This document shows positions 51,723 through 64,000 of a stretch of 64,000 nt of DNA, one piece after another. The position numbers were made by a program, and so were the translations under genes. A model generated the notes under the pieces. The model ran no database searches. It was not told where the DNA came from and saw only the letters and a list, made by a program, of their open reading frames with translations. The stretch's first letter is position 1; the number at the start of each line of letters is the position of its first letter. The DNA is from Mobula hypostoma (taxonomy: Eukaryota), in contig NC_086108.1 in NCBI RefSeq assembly GCF_963921235.1, forward strand, positions 75,270,001-75,334,000, written 5' to 3'.

Positions 51723-52279
51723 GTGTTCACTCCAAGCCAGTCCAGTGGTTCCAGAGCTCCAATCAAATAACCTTTTCTCTTTGAATCACAGTCTTGATGG
51801 GAACTCCAACCACACTAATTATTAAACATCCATTTAAAATAGCCCCACATTATTATTTTCATATTTTCACCAATACCCCTTAATTCACCTCCATTTGGAG
51901 CAATTTACAGTATCAAATTGACCTATAAAGCATTACATCATTGGTATGGGGGAACAAAGAGGTGTACCTGGATGAAATAATGTGATGACAACAAGAACTG
52001 GCAATACCACATAGACAGTGATTGAAGTTGAATCTCAGTACTGCAAAGCAGTAGTGCTCACCATTCCAGTGTGTTGGCCCTGTTCTCTACCAGATGGAAT
52101 AACTAAATACACTCTAGTATTTATCTCCTCAAAGCTTTTGGTATCAACAAATTTTGTCTCTGAAGAGAAGCTCTGAGCTCATCTTGAAGGCGGAAGTACA
52201 TTATAGAATGAATTTTATGAGAAATTCCAATTGCTTCTCTATCATTCCTCTCACAAAAACTATTCTTAAAAAAGTTGCA

Positions 52280-52372
52280 GCAACACACATCAAAGTTGCT
52301 GGTGAACGCAGCAGGCCAGGCAGCATCTCTAGGAAGAGGTACAGTCGACGTTTCAGGCCGAGATCCTTCGTT
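52280..52372 (-). repeat. PLE pLTR fragment, same young subfamily as 42499
   Basis: catcaaagttgctggtgaacgcagcaggccagg...agtcgacgtttcaggccgagatccttcg. Confidence 0.85.
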
Positions 52373-53854
52373 GTATCAAGTGATATTATCCTTTTGTTAG
52401 TCGTCTTGCTGTAGGCTGATCGAGCAGTGTATTCACTTTCTTGAATTCTTTATGGCTGCAATCTGCTTTTCTTCAGTATATACACATGACACAGTATGTT
52501 CAAAATGTACTTCTTACTGCACGGATGGAAGACAATTTGTATTTCATACATCTGCAAGCATAGACTCCCTTTGGAGCTTGGAGATTCTTCACCATAATTG
52601 CTTCAACTATTTTGTGATTAGTCTTCCATATGTGTGCTGGTGGAATCTCGAATATCACAGCCAATACCTCCTAGAGTCTCAGCATCTGCCAGAGCTCTGC
52701 TTACAAGCTGTATCAACTGGCCAATTTGCATGATAGACCATTTCCTAAGCATCTGCTAGCAGGGCCAACTCTTGTTAGTGAGAAGTAGTATTTCGGTGGT
52801 TATTTTTGACCACCTCTTTGTGTCATTAGTCTATTTACTCATAGAAGTCCATCTAACATCTTTCAAACTCTTTCCTTGCTAATGGTTCATCTTCAGATGG
52901 GAAAGGAATGTGCATAATTAGTTGAAAAATCCTAGTAATTACTGGAGGCCAGCTATCTTGAATCTTGATTTTTGCCTTCACCTTTGCTAGATCTGGATTG
53001 ATTTGGATATGGTAATCACATAATGCATGAAGGGAACTTGCAGTTTAAACATTGGTTTCTGTATATTTCTCTTAGCAGCCTCTCGCTACATGGTCATTAT
53101 CTATCAGTCACGGTCTATCACTGCCTCTGCAACATCTGTCTTCTTCTATAATCCTTCAAGGCCTTAACACCAGCAGTTCCTTCAAGCTCCTTAGCCAGCT
53201 TTGTTGAAATTCTTTTGGTGCTATTCCGATCCAAAAAAAAAGTTTCCTTAGACAACAGATCTCCCAAAGGAAGTGTTGGGATAATTAGAAACAAACTTCC
53301 ACTTCCAAGTTCTATGTGTCGAATTCAATGCTTTGCATCCTGTACACTGACGATTTTTGGTCTGTGTAGATATGGCAGGAAATATTCAATTTTCTTCATT
53401 GGATTGTGATTCTCCTTTAGTGCTTTATTCAGATAATGTGGAACCAAACAGTTCCTCAGCTTGTTTTCCCTATCCACATACAACAAGGATTTGGAGAGTA
53501 GGATAACCTCTGTCTATCAAACCCGGCATTCATTTTGTCTTTGACAGCTACTGGAACATATCTTGGAAGATGTACCATCAACTGCTTAACCTCATCTAGC
53601 TCAAGATGGTATTTTCCCTCCAGCTTTCCATTTCCTTCAAGCAGATGTGAACACTAATCTCAGTGAACAACAGGAATTCTGCAGATGCTGAAAATTCAAG
53701 CAACACAAATAAGCACCTCCTCCCTGATTCTAGTAATGAGAAGAGGGCATGTTCTGGTTAGTGAGGGGCCTTAATTATGTGCCGCCTTCTTGAGGCATCA
53801 GCTTTTGAAGATGTCCTCTATGGCGGTGAGCTTAGTTCCCATGATAAAACCGTA

Positions 53855-54830
53855 TGATCATAAGACACAGGAGTAGAATTAGGCCATTTGGCCCATCAAG
53901 TCTGCTCCACCATTTCATCATGGCTGATCCAATTTTCCTCTCAGCCGCAATCTCCCGGGATTGCCACCTTACCCCTTCATGCTCTGACCAATCAAGAATC
54001 TATCAATCTTTGCCTTAAATATACATAAAGACTTGGCCTCCACAGCTGCCTGTGGCAAAGAATTCCACAGATTCATCACTCTCTGGCTAAAGAAATTCCT
54101 CCTCATCTCTGTTCTAAAAGAATGCCCCTCTGTTCTGAGTCTTAGACTCTCCCACCATAGGAAACATCCTCTCCACATCCACCCTATCAAGGCCTTTCAC
54201 AATTTGATAGGTTTCAATGAGGTCACCTCTCACTCTTCTGAATTCCAGTGAATACAGGCCCAGGACCATCAAACGCTCTTCATATTGCAAGCCAGTCAAA
54301 CCTGGAATCATTTTCATGAACCTCCTTGGAAACCTCTCCAATTTCAACAGATCCTTTCTAAGATAAGGAGCCCAAAACTGCTCATGATACTCCAATTGAG
54401 GCCTCACCAGTACTTTATAAAATCTCAACATTTACATCCTTGCTTTTATATTCTAGTAATCTTGAAATGAATGCTAACATTGCATTTGCCTTCCTCACCA
54501 CAGACTCAACCTACAATTAACCTTCAAGGAATCCTGCACAAGCACTCCCAAGTCCCTTTGCTTCAGTTTTTTGTATTTTCTCTCCAATTGGAAAATAGTC
54601 AACCCTTTCATTTCTTCTGCCAAAGTGTATGACCATACTTTTCCCAACAGTGTATTCCATCTGCCACTAATTTGCTCATTCTCCTAATCTGTCTAAGCCC
54701 TTCTGTAGCTTCTCTGCTTCCTCAAAACTACCTGCCCTCCATCTGTCTTCGTATCGTCTGCAAACTTTGCAACAAAGCCATCAATTCCAACATCCAAATC
54801 ATTAACATATAACGTAAAAAGAGTTGGTCG
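53855..54830 (-). mobile_element. CR1 3' fragment, adjoined by Rex1-like fragments (53710-53850, 54830-55070)
   Basis: LYVNDLDVGIDGFVAKFADDTK; FYKVLVRPQLEYHEQFWAPYLRKD. Confidence 0.88.
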
Positions 54831-55264
54831 CATGAAGCCGGCGGCATTTACAACCCTATGAAGTTTTTTCTGATTCTGTAAAATACATACCAGATGGTGA
54901 TGCAACCAGTTAGAATAGTCTCCACAGTATATCTGCAGAAGTAGTCTTTGATGACATACCAAATCTCCGCAAACTCCGAATGAAATATACCCATAGGCAT
55001 GCCTTCTTCATAATTGCATAAATATGCTGGACCTAGGATAGATCTTCAGAGCTGTTGACACCAGGAACCTGAACCTGCTCTCCCTTTCTGTTACTCGTCC
55101 TGCCACTGCAGTTGGATGATAAGTGACTCACCAAATATGGCTGTCCTTTCAATAAGCTGGCAAATTCTACTGCTTGCCTCAATTTTTGCATAATGTACAT
55201 TGCTGCTCTTTATTCCTCCTATGCTTCCAAATGACAGGATAGTCAGTTGTAAGCATGGGAGGAA

Positions 55265-56960
55265 CCTTATCCCCTCTGAATGTACTGCCCTTCACCCTCT
55301 GCACCAATCTCAACCTTACCATCAAATCCACAGGAAAAGGCTGTACTGCTGTCGTGTGGTGGACTGACCTCTTCCTTGCTGAGGCCAGGTGGAAACTGTC
55401 AGATACTTCCTCTTACTTATTCCTTGAAAAGGACCTCACTCTGGACTATCCCACACCATCTCTAACTCCCACGTCATTATTGTCTTCCACACCATCACTA
55501 ACATCATCAACTCTGGAGAGCTCCCATCTACTGCCACCAAATAGTTCCCTTACCCTGCACTGCTTGTTTCTACCTCCATACCCAAGATCCACAAACTTGA
55601 CTGTCCAGGTAGACCCATTGTCTCTGCCTCTGCCTGCTCCTGCCCGACTGAACTCGTGTCCGCATACCTTGACTCCATTCAGTTCCCCTTGGTTCGGTCC
55701 CTTCTCACCTACATCCACACATTTCACATGCTCTCAATGTCCTCAACAACTTTTATTTCCCTGGCCCTGATTGCTTCATTTTCACCTTGGATGTCTAGTC
55801 TCTCTACACTTCTATCGCCCATCAAGAAGGCTTTAAAGATCCCTGCTTCTTTCTCAACAATAGACCCAACCAGTTCCGTTCCACCACTACCCTCCTCTGT
55901 CTGGAAGAACTGGTCTTCCTCCTCAACAATTTCTCCTTTGGCTCCTTTCACTTTCTCCAAACTCAAGAAGTAGCCCTGGGCACATACATGGGCTCAGCTA
56001 TGCCTGCCTTATTGTTGGCTACATGGAACAGTCCATGTTGCAAGCCTTCGCTGGTGATGATCCCCAACTCTTCTTGCAGTACATTAACAACTGTATTAGT
56101 GTTGTTTCATGCACCCATGCTGAGCTTGTCAATTTCATCAACTTTAGCTTCAAGTTCCCTTAAATTCACTTGGTCAATTTCTGACACCTCCCTCCCATTT
56201 CTCGATCTGTTTACAGACATCTTATATAAACATACCAATTCCAGTGTCTATCTTGACCATACGTCTTTCCACCCTGTCTCCTTCATCTCTGTCACATCTG
56301 GTCCAAGCATGATTCTGTCCTTTCCAGGACATCAGAGTTGTCCTCCTTCTTCAAGGAATGTGGTTTCCCTTCCACCACCAACGATGCTTTGCCCTCACCC
56401 ACATCTCCCCCATTTTCCTGACAGCCGTGCTCATCCTATTTTCCTGCTAACTTTACAGGGATAGAGTTTCTCTTGTCCTCACCTGCCACTCCATGAGCCT
56501 CCGCATCCAACACATCGTTCTCCGCAGCCTCCTCCATCCTACCACCAAACACATCTTTACTTCCCACACGACCACCCCCCCATCCATTCTCCACTTTCCG
56601 CAAAGATTTGTCCATTTATCCACCCCCACCAATCCCCCTCCTGGCACATATCCCTACAAGCGACAGAAATGCTACACTCACCTCTGCTCCAACTGTAAAG
56701 AGTGGAAATTCCCGATGACCGACCATTTAATTCCTATCCCCAGTTTCATTGCCTCCTCTTTTGCCACAATGAGGTCACTCTCAGGGTAGAGGAGCAACAG
56801 TTCATATTCCGTCTGAGTAGCCTCCAGTTTAATGACATGAACATCGATTTCTCTTTCTGGTAATTATTTTTCTTTTCCCCTCAACCTTCCCTCTTCTTCT
56901 GTTCCTCTCTCTACCTATTACTTCTTCTCCTCACCTGCCTATCACATCCCTCGGTGCCCC
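55265..56960 (+). mobile_element. Degenerate Penelope-like element (RT region to 3' end)
   Basis: NLTIKSTGKGCTAVVW; LKFTWSISDTSLPFLD..YKHTNSSVYLDHTSFHP; agcctccag..tgacatgaacatcgatttc. Confidence 0.85.
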
Positions 56961-59139
56961 TCCTTTCTAGAATTCTACATACAATAATATTGCAGATTAA
57001 TGTTCTCCAGATATCAAAATTTACAATTTACAGCCTGCAACTTCAACATAATCAAGCATGTCTCAAGTGTTTTCGATTCCGCGGACGTGTGAAAATTTTG
57101 ATCTGCCCACCATCTCAGTTGATGGAGGATTTACAACTATGTTAAAGAGTTTAAACTGGTCTGGTAAAGGGATAGGACCTAAAGAAGTAGTGGGTCTAAG
57201 AAGAAAGTTGAAGAAAATAATGAAGTTAAAGTTTGCATGTTGAACAGGAACAACAAGCAGGAGGCAAGGTAAGTCTGATAGGCTAATTTGCATATCAGTC
57301 TAAGAGCAGGATAAGATTAAAGCCATGACGTTTGACAGGTAAGGCAGATGAGGTCCGGGCATGCATAAGAAAATGGGATTGTAATTTGATAGCTATAACA
57401 GAAACAAGGTTGAGGGATGAGAAGAGCTGGAATTCAATGTTCTTTTGGGTAAAGATGCTATAGACATGATGTAAGTGAAGATAAGAGAGGGGGAGTTGTG
57501 TTTTGATTAGGGAGAACATTATGATAGTAATTAGAGAGAATAATCTTGCAGGAACATCTAGTGAGATTATATCGGTAGAATTTAGGAATAAGTAGGGGCA
57601 GATCATTTTGATGGGATTGTTGTATAGGCCTTACAAAGGTCAAGAAGAACTAGAGGAGAAATATGTAGGGAGACTACAGATGACTGGTGAATTAATAGGA
57701 TTGTAGTTACAGATAATTTTAACTTCTCTAATACTTACTGGTTCTGAGAATTTGTTAATTGATTCTCAGAACGTTTTCTCAATCAATATATAGATGGCAT
57801 TTCTATACAGAGGATCCAACCTCATTTCTCAAGGATGTGAAGTGGCTGAAATTTTGGTAGGGGAATAGTGTCACTTTGGGAAAATACAATCATTCTATTA
57901 GCTTTAAAATAGTTATGGAGAGAAGTGGGGCTGGTCTACCGGTTAAAATAATAAATTGGGGTAAGGCTAATTTTGAGGGCATTAGATAGGAATATGCAAC
58001 GGTTGTTTGGGGGAGGCTGTTCGCAGGTGAAGAGACATATGGCAAGTGGGAGGCTTTTGGGGCGTTCAGGATCATCATGGTCCTGTAAGAGTGAAGGGTA
58101 AGGCTAGCAGGTTAGGGAGCCCAAGCCGGAAAGGGATATTGAGCCAGAGGGAAAAAAATAGTATTTGTCAGGTATACGCAGCTGGGATCAAACAGCAGGA
58201 CAAGAAGAGGACATGAGATATCCTTGGCAGATAAGGTAAAGGTGATTCCTAAAAGATTCTATAAGTACCTTAAGAGTAAAGAGGTAACTAAGGAGAGGAC
58301 AGGTCCCCTTAAGAATTACTGTGGTTATCATAATAAATAGTAGTTCCTTCAACCAGTTTGAAATTCATTCACTTTCTTGGACTTTTCATTCACTGAACTC
58401 TTCACAATAAGCTGTGTGTGACCACTCTGAAATATCATCTGTGTGTTGATCCAGGAAATGGGCTCTGTATTTATTGTAGGAAAAAATCATGGAAGAAAAC
58501 AGAAATGTTCTGAAATTTATAGGTATAATGAAAATGAAGGAATTGGCAGTTCTGAGACACGTAGATCATCGGGGCCCGACTAAGTGTATTCTAAAGCATT
58601 GCAAAATGCAAAGAAAGAAATTGCTGGGGTTCGGTCAGTGATATTTGTATCTTCTTTCATCATCAATGAGGGTACCAGAAGACTTGTGGGTGACTAATGT
58701 TGTGCCTTTACTTAAGAAGGGATGAAACAATAAACCGGGGAACTCAAGGCCTGTGAGCCCAACATCAATGGTGGGCAAGATACTGGAAGGGATTCTGAGA
58801 GACAGGATCCATCTGCATTTGGAAAGGCAAGGACTTTGACTGATCATGGAAAGCCAGTGGGTATGGAAAATTATTCTTCACAAACTTAATTGAGTCCTTT
58901 GAAGAAGTGACCAAGAGAACTGATGAGGGCAGGACAGTGGATGCCATCTACATGAACTTTAACGAAGCTTTTGACAAGACCCAATGTGACAGGCTGATTC
59001 TGAAAATTAGATCACATAGCCAAATGGATACAAAATTGACGTGTTGACGGTAGGAGTTTCCCAGAATACAGCTCTGAGATGACTGGTGTGCGCAGGGATC
59101 AAGGTGGAGTCCACTATTCTTTGTGTACATACATGTGCG

Positions 59140-59182
59140 TACACACACACACACAAAATATATATATATATATATATATATT
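59140..59182. repeat. (CA)n(TA)n microsatellite
   Basis: Direct read. Confidence 0.95.
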
Positions 59183-59683
59183 ATTTTCATAAGAATACAG
59201 GAGGCATGTAAGCTTGCAGATCATACCAAAATTGGTATTGTGATGGACAGTGAAAAAGATTGACAAGGTTACAACAGGATCCAGATTAACTGGAAAAATG
59301 AGCATGGGAATAGCAGATGAAATTTAATTTTATAAGTTCAAAGTGTTGCATTTCTGGAAGCTAGACCAGTGAGGGATTTACATTGTAAATGACAGGACCA
59401 CTGGGAGTGTCATATAACAAAGATATCTGGGTACAGTACATAGTTGCCTGAGCGTGCTGACGCGTGTGAGCAAGGTGATGAAGGAGACATATTGGCATGC
59501 ATGGATATGGGATTGAGTACAAGAGTTGGAACATCACGCTTCAGTGGTTAGGTTGTAGATGAGATCACACTTGGAAAATTGTGTGCAGTTCTTGCCACAC
59601 TATAGGATGGATTTGATTAAACCAGAGAGGGTGCAGTAAGCAATTTTACTTGACTTAGGGAACTTGAGTTATAAGTAGACTGG

Positions 59684-61771
59684 ATAGAAACATAGAAACA
59701 TAGAAAATAGGTGCAGGAGTAGGCCATTCGGCCCTTCGAGCCTGCACCGCCATTTATTATGATCATGGCTGATCATCCAACTCAGAACCCTGCACCAGCC
59801 TTCCCTCCATACCCCCTGATCCCCGTAGCCACAAGGGCCATATCTAACTCCCTCTTAAATATAGCCAATGAACTGGCCTCAACTGTTTCCTGTGGCAGAG
59901 AATTCCACAGATTCACCACTCTCTGTGTGAAGAAGTTTTTCCTCATCTCGGTCCTAAAAGGCTTCCCCTTTATCCTCAAACTGTGACCCCTCGTTCTGGA
60001 CTTCCCCAACATTGGGAACAATCTTCCTGCATCTAGCCTGTCCAATCCCTTTAGGATTTTATACGTTTAAATCAGATCCCCCCCCCTCAATCTTCTAAAT
60101 TCCAACGAGTACAAGCCCAGTTCATCCAGTCTTTCTTCATATGAAAGACCTGCCATCCCAGGAATCAATCTGGTGAACCTTCTTTGTACTCCCTCTATGG
60201 CAAGGATGTCTTTCCTCAGATTAGGGGACCAAAACTGCACACAATACTCCAGGTGTGGTCTCACCAAGGCCTTGTACAACTGCAGTAGTACCTCCCTGCT
60301 CCTGTCCTCGAATCCTCTCGCTATAAATGCCAGCATACCATTCGCCTTTTTCACCGCCTGCTGTACCTGCATGCCCACTTTCAATGACTGGTGTATAATG
60401 ACACCCAGGTCTTGTTGCACCTCCCCTTCTCCTAATCGGCCACCATTCAGATAATAAACTGTTTTCCTATTTTTGCCACCAAAGTGGATAACTTCACATT
60501 TATCCACATTAAATTGCATCTGCCATGAATTTGCCCACTCACCCAACCTATCCAAGTCACTTTGCATCCTCTTAGCATCCTCCTCACAGCTAACACTGCT
60601 GCCCAGTTTCGTGTCATCCGCAAACTTGGAGATGCTGCATTTAATTCCCTCATCCAAGTCATTAATATATATTGTAAACAACTGGGGTCCCAGCACTGAG
60701 CCTTGCGGTACCCCACTAGTCACCGCCTGCCATTCTGAAAACGTCTCGTTTATTCCCACGCTTTGCTTCCTGTCTGCTAACTAATTCTCTATCCACATCA
60801 ATACCTTACCCCCAATACCGTGTGCTTTAAGTTTGCACACTAATCTCCTGTGTGGGACCTTGTCAAAAGCCTTTTGAAAATCCAAATATACCACATCCAC
60901 TGGTTCTCCCCTATCCACTCTACTAGTTACATCCTCAAAAAATTCTGTGAGATTCGTCAGACATGATTTTCCTTTCACAAATCCATGCTGACTTTGTCCG
61001 ATGATTTCACCACTTTCCAAATGTGCTGTTATCACATCTTTGATAACTGACTCCAGCAGTTTCCCCACCACCAACATTAGGCTAACCAGTCTATAATTCC
61101 CCGGTTTCTCTCTCCCTCCTTTTTTAAAAAGTGAGGTTACATTAGCCACCCTCCAATCCTCAGGAACTAGTCCAGAATCTAACGAGTTTTGAAAAATTAT
61201 CACTAATGCATCCACTATTTCTTGGGCTACTTCCTTAAGCACTCTGGGATGCAGACCATCTGGCCCTGGGGATTTATCTGCCTTTAATCCCTTCAATTTA
61301 CCCAACACCACTTCCCTACTAACATGTATTTCGCTCAGTTCCTCCATCTCACTGGACCCTCTGTCCCCTACTATTTCTGGAAGATTATTTACGTCCTCCT
61401 TAGTGAAGACAGAACCAAAGTAATTATTCAATTGGTCTGCCATGTCCTTGCTCCCCATAATCAATTCACCTGTTTCTGTCTGTAGGGGACCTACATTTGT
61501 CTTTACCAGTCTTTTCCTTTTTACATATCTATAAAAGCTTTTACAGTCAGTTTTAATGTTCACTGCCAGTTTTCTCTCATAATCTTTTTTCCCTTTCCTA
61601 ATTAAGCCCTTTGTCCTCCTCTGCTGAACTCTGAATTTCTCCCAGTCCTCAGGTGAGCCACTTTTTCTGGCTAATTTGTATGCCTCTTCTTTGGAATTGA
61701 TACTATCCCTAATTTCTCTTGTCAGCCACGGGTGCACTACCTTCCTTGATTTATTCTTTTGCCAAACTGGG
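59684..61771 (-). mobile_element. Young 5'-truncated CR1; RT frame broken only by two nonsense codons
   Basis: ORFs 60781-61737, 60067-60759 and 59782-60045 share one frame; YLDFQKAFDKVPH, GVPQGSVLGP, KFADDTK; (atagaaac)n tail. Confidence 0.97.
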
Positions 61772-62702
61772 TGGGGCTATTTTCCTTGGAACGGAGGAGG
61801 CAGGGGGTGACTTTATAGAGATTATATGAGTTTAAGGGGCATAGATAAGGTGGATGGTCACAGTTTTTGCCGAGGGTCAGGGAGTCTAAAACCAGAAAGC
61901 ATACACTAAAGTGAGAGTGGAAAGATTTAAAGGGAAATTGAGATGCACGTTTTTCCATACAAGGGGCGATGGATACACAGAATGACCTGCAAAAGGAAGT
62001 GGTAGAAGAGGGTATAATTACATTATTTAAAACACATTTGGACAAGTTCACCGACAGGAAAGGCTCGAAGCAGGTAAACCAAATTCAGACAAACAGGATT
62101 AGAACAGGAAGACACATTCATTGATATGAACGAACTGCGCCAAAGGACGTATTTCTGTGCTGTATTTCTGACTCGCTGAAACTCACTAGAATCAAGCAGT
62201 TAATGTTTATTTGGTACTGCCCTCAGTCTTGGTGACTGGCCCAGAAAAAGCAGCATCTTAAAATTCTTTCCTCCTCATTCAACTTTGCCAAGTGGTGTAC
62301 AAAGAAAATTTCTCCTTCCATTGTTGCTTATCTCACAGTTCAGCTGCTGAAAAGATTTTATCTTGCCTATTGTCTGACAAGGAGATCAAAGGTGTGCTAT
62401 CCAATGAAAGACAACTCAATGTTTTCAACCTTGCTGTTTACAGTCATTTGCATACACATCATGTGTGGCCTATCTCAATTGCCTTACAACTATGTAAAAT
62501 CCAGTCTTATGGCCAGTAGCAAGTACCCCATTCTCGTAGATGAGTCTAAAATCCCTTTCAAGCTTTATCATTGATCCTTTACCTCCCACAGTTTCTCACA
62601 AACAAAAGGGTGTTCCAAAAACACAACCTTACCTAAGCTCTACATAAGATGAACATACCAGTTTCTGACATCATTGTGTGTTTATCGTCACAACTGGACC
62701 TT

Positions 62703-63710
62703 GCTTCGTATGTGGCTGCATCAGGTTGTGTGTAGAACCCAGGTATGTGGGCACCAAGTACCACTATGTGCCCAGGTTCTACCTGTCACCCTGGCTACGA
62801 AGGATGGGTCTGGCCCCAGTCCCGCGCAACGCCCCAGTCACCTGTCCTACGTAGCAAAGTTCTTCCAGGAGAACGCCTTTGACCACAGGGCCATCAGGCA
62901 GTGGACGGCACATAATGTCCTGCAGGCATTGCAGGAGAAGGATGTGATGGACACAGTGGGGTGGTTCCCTGAGCAGACTGTCCAGTTCATCTGTCAAAAT
63001 GCCTCATCGCCAGATCTCACCAACAGGCACCAAGACCTTGCCTGGCTGGCGGTGAGAGGGGCCCTCCCAGTCAGAGCCCTCCTGTACGCCCAGAACGTCG
63101 TCTCCGCACCCCACTGCCCACGGGAGGACTACAGTCAGGAGGAGTCTGTGACCCACCTCTTTGCACACTGTCAGTTCGCAAAGAGGGTGTGGAGGAGGAT
63201 GGACAGACTAGTGTCACGTTTCATCCCCAGCAGCTGCGTAACAGAGGACTCTCTGATCTACGGGCTGTTCCCGGGGACGCACAAGGAGACCAACATCCGG
63301 TGCTGCTGGCAGATCATCAACTCGGTGAAAGACGCTCTTTGGTCATCCCGAAACTTGATGATCTACCAGCACATGGAGATGTCCGTGGGAGAATGCTGCA
63401 GGCTGGCACATTCTCGGTTGCAGGAGTACGTGCTGAGGGACGCACTGAAACTCGGTGCAGCCACCTCAAGGGCTCGGTGGGGAAGGACCACGGTATGAGT
63501 TTCTCCACCCGTGGGAGTGGGAGGGGTCGGGGGCGGGGAGTATACCCCTCAACAATGATATGGTAAGCTGAACTACTGGAGTGCCATGTGGGTGGCTATA
63601 AATACGGATATGTACTGAGTATAATGGAAACGTATGCAAAGGATGGAAAGTTATTGAATGGTTTATTGTATATATTTATTTTTGAATAAAGTATATTTTG
63701 AAATAAAAAA
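62703..63710 (+). mobile_element. Tx1/L1-clade LINE 3' fragment with poly(A) and 11-bp TSD
   Basis: zf-RVT-like HQDLAWLAVRGALPVR..CPRED..EESVTHLFAHC..VWRRM; aataaa plus A-tail; TSD aactggacctt at 62692-62702 and 63711-63721. Confidence 0.9.
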
Positions 63711-63917
63711 AACTGGACCTTTTAATGAAGTTCTTCTTGTTACATTCAGTGGACTGTTGGTGAGAAATTATATATCCCTGCAATACGTAAAAACGTGCAA
63801 CATGATCTTGATGGCACACTCCGACCTTAAAACTTGATGCTTACTATTATTGTACTACCACCAAGTTGCAGAAGATGGCACTCCATCTTTAAATTGTACC
63901 CTTTAAAATTGCAGAGA

Positions 63918-64000
63918 CTCAAGAGAAAATTTGCAGATGCTGGAACTCAGGTTGGAGGAGCAGCACCTTATATTTTGTCTGGGTAGCCTCCAACCTGATG
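63918..64000. mobile_element. PLE fragment with an inverted pLTR piece, running off the window
   Basis: agagaaaatttgcagatgctggaa followed by ctgggtagcctccaacctgatg. Confidence 0.7.

Larger units (their letters stand above)
49930..53660 (-). mobile_element. Old Gypsy internal region (RT, RNaseH, integrase remnants) with nested PLE/SINE insertions
   Basis: VPDRPWVKV..YLAAATYFS.ILEI..SAVINKLNIRFARY (51287-51553); FHQHTYGR (~52645); QFKLQVPFM (~53050); PPKSSDNMRIQP (~50170). Confidence 0.7.
57240..62170 (+). mobile_element. Old CR1 LINE (EN-RT-3' end) split by the young antisense CR1
   Basis: Degenerate CR1 motifs (atagctataacagaaaca, aaaccggggaactcaaggcctgtgagc); continuity agactggatag|...|tggggctattttccttgga across the insertion. 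Confidence 0.8.

Noticed and set aside
52280..53707. Permuted pLTR halves implying a circular intermediate
   Set aside because: The Gypsy host appears colinear across 52280-52372, so two independent fragments is the simpler explanation

Overview
Eukaryotic (vertebrate) DNA, almost entirely transposon-derived and probably intronic or intergenic. The repeat mix (CR1 LINEs, Penelope-like elements, Rex1/Babar-type LINEs, V-SINE and CORE-type SINEs, Tc1/mariner, Gypsy, Tx1/L1) suggests a cartilaginous fish such as a ray; that assignment is an inference. I recognise no host protein-coding gene: every identifiable ORF is a TE fragment. The most notable signal is that the ubiquitous short repeat (the Penelope pseudo-LTR) carries a minimal type-I hammerhead ribozyme motif, CAGUC-CUGANGA-AGGGUCUCGGCCY-GAAAC-GUC-GACUG, in about a dozen intact or decayed copies. 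Some copies are tiny free-standing hairpin insertions with their own 12-19 bp target-site duplications (TSDs). Other points: a near-identical inverted pair of young CR1 copies, one inserted in a foldback mariner-type MITE; non-coding LINE-derived elements with a 5' ETS/YY1-like motif; a ~110 bp segment apparently copied 31 kb away; multi-level nesting; and an unexplained protein-like relic near 17.2-17.7 kb. Boundaries of old elements are approximate and were read by eye.
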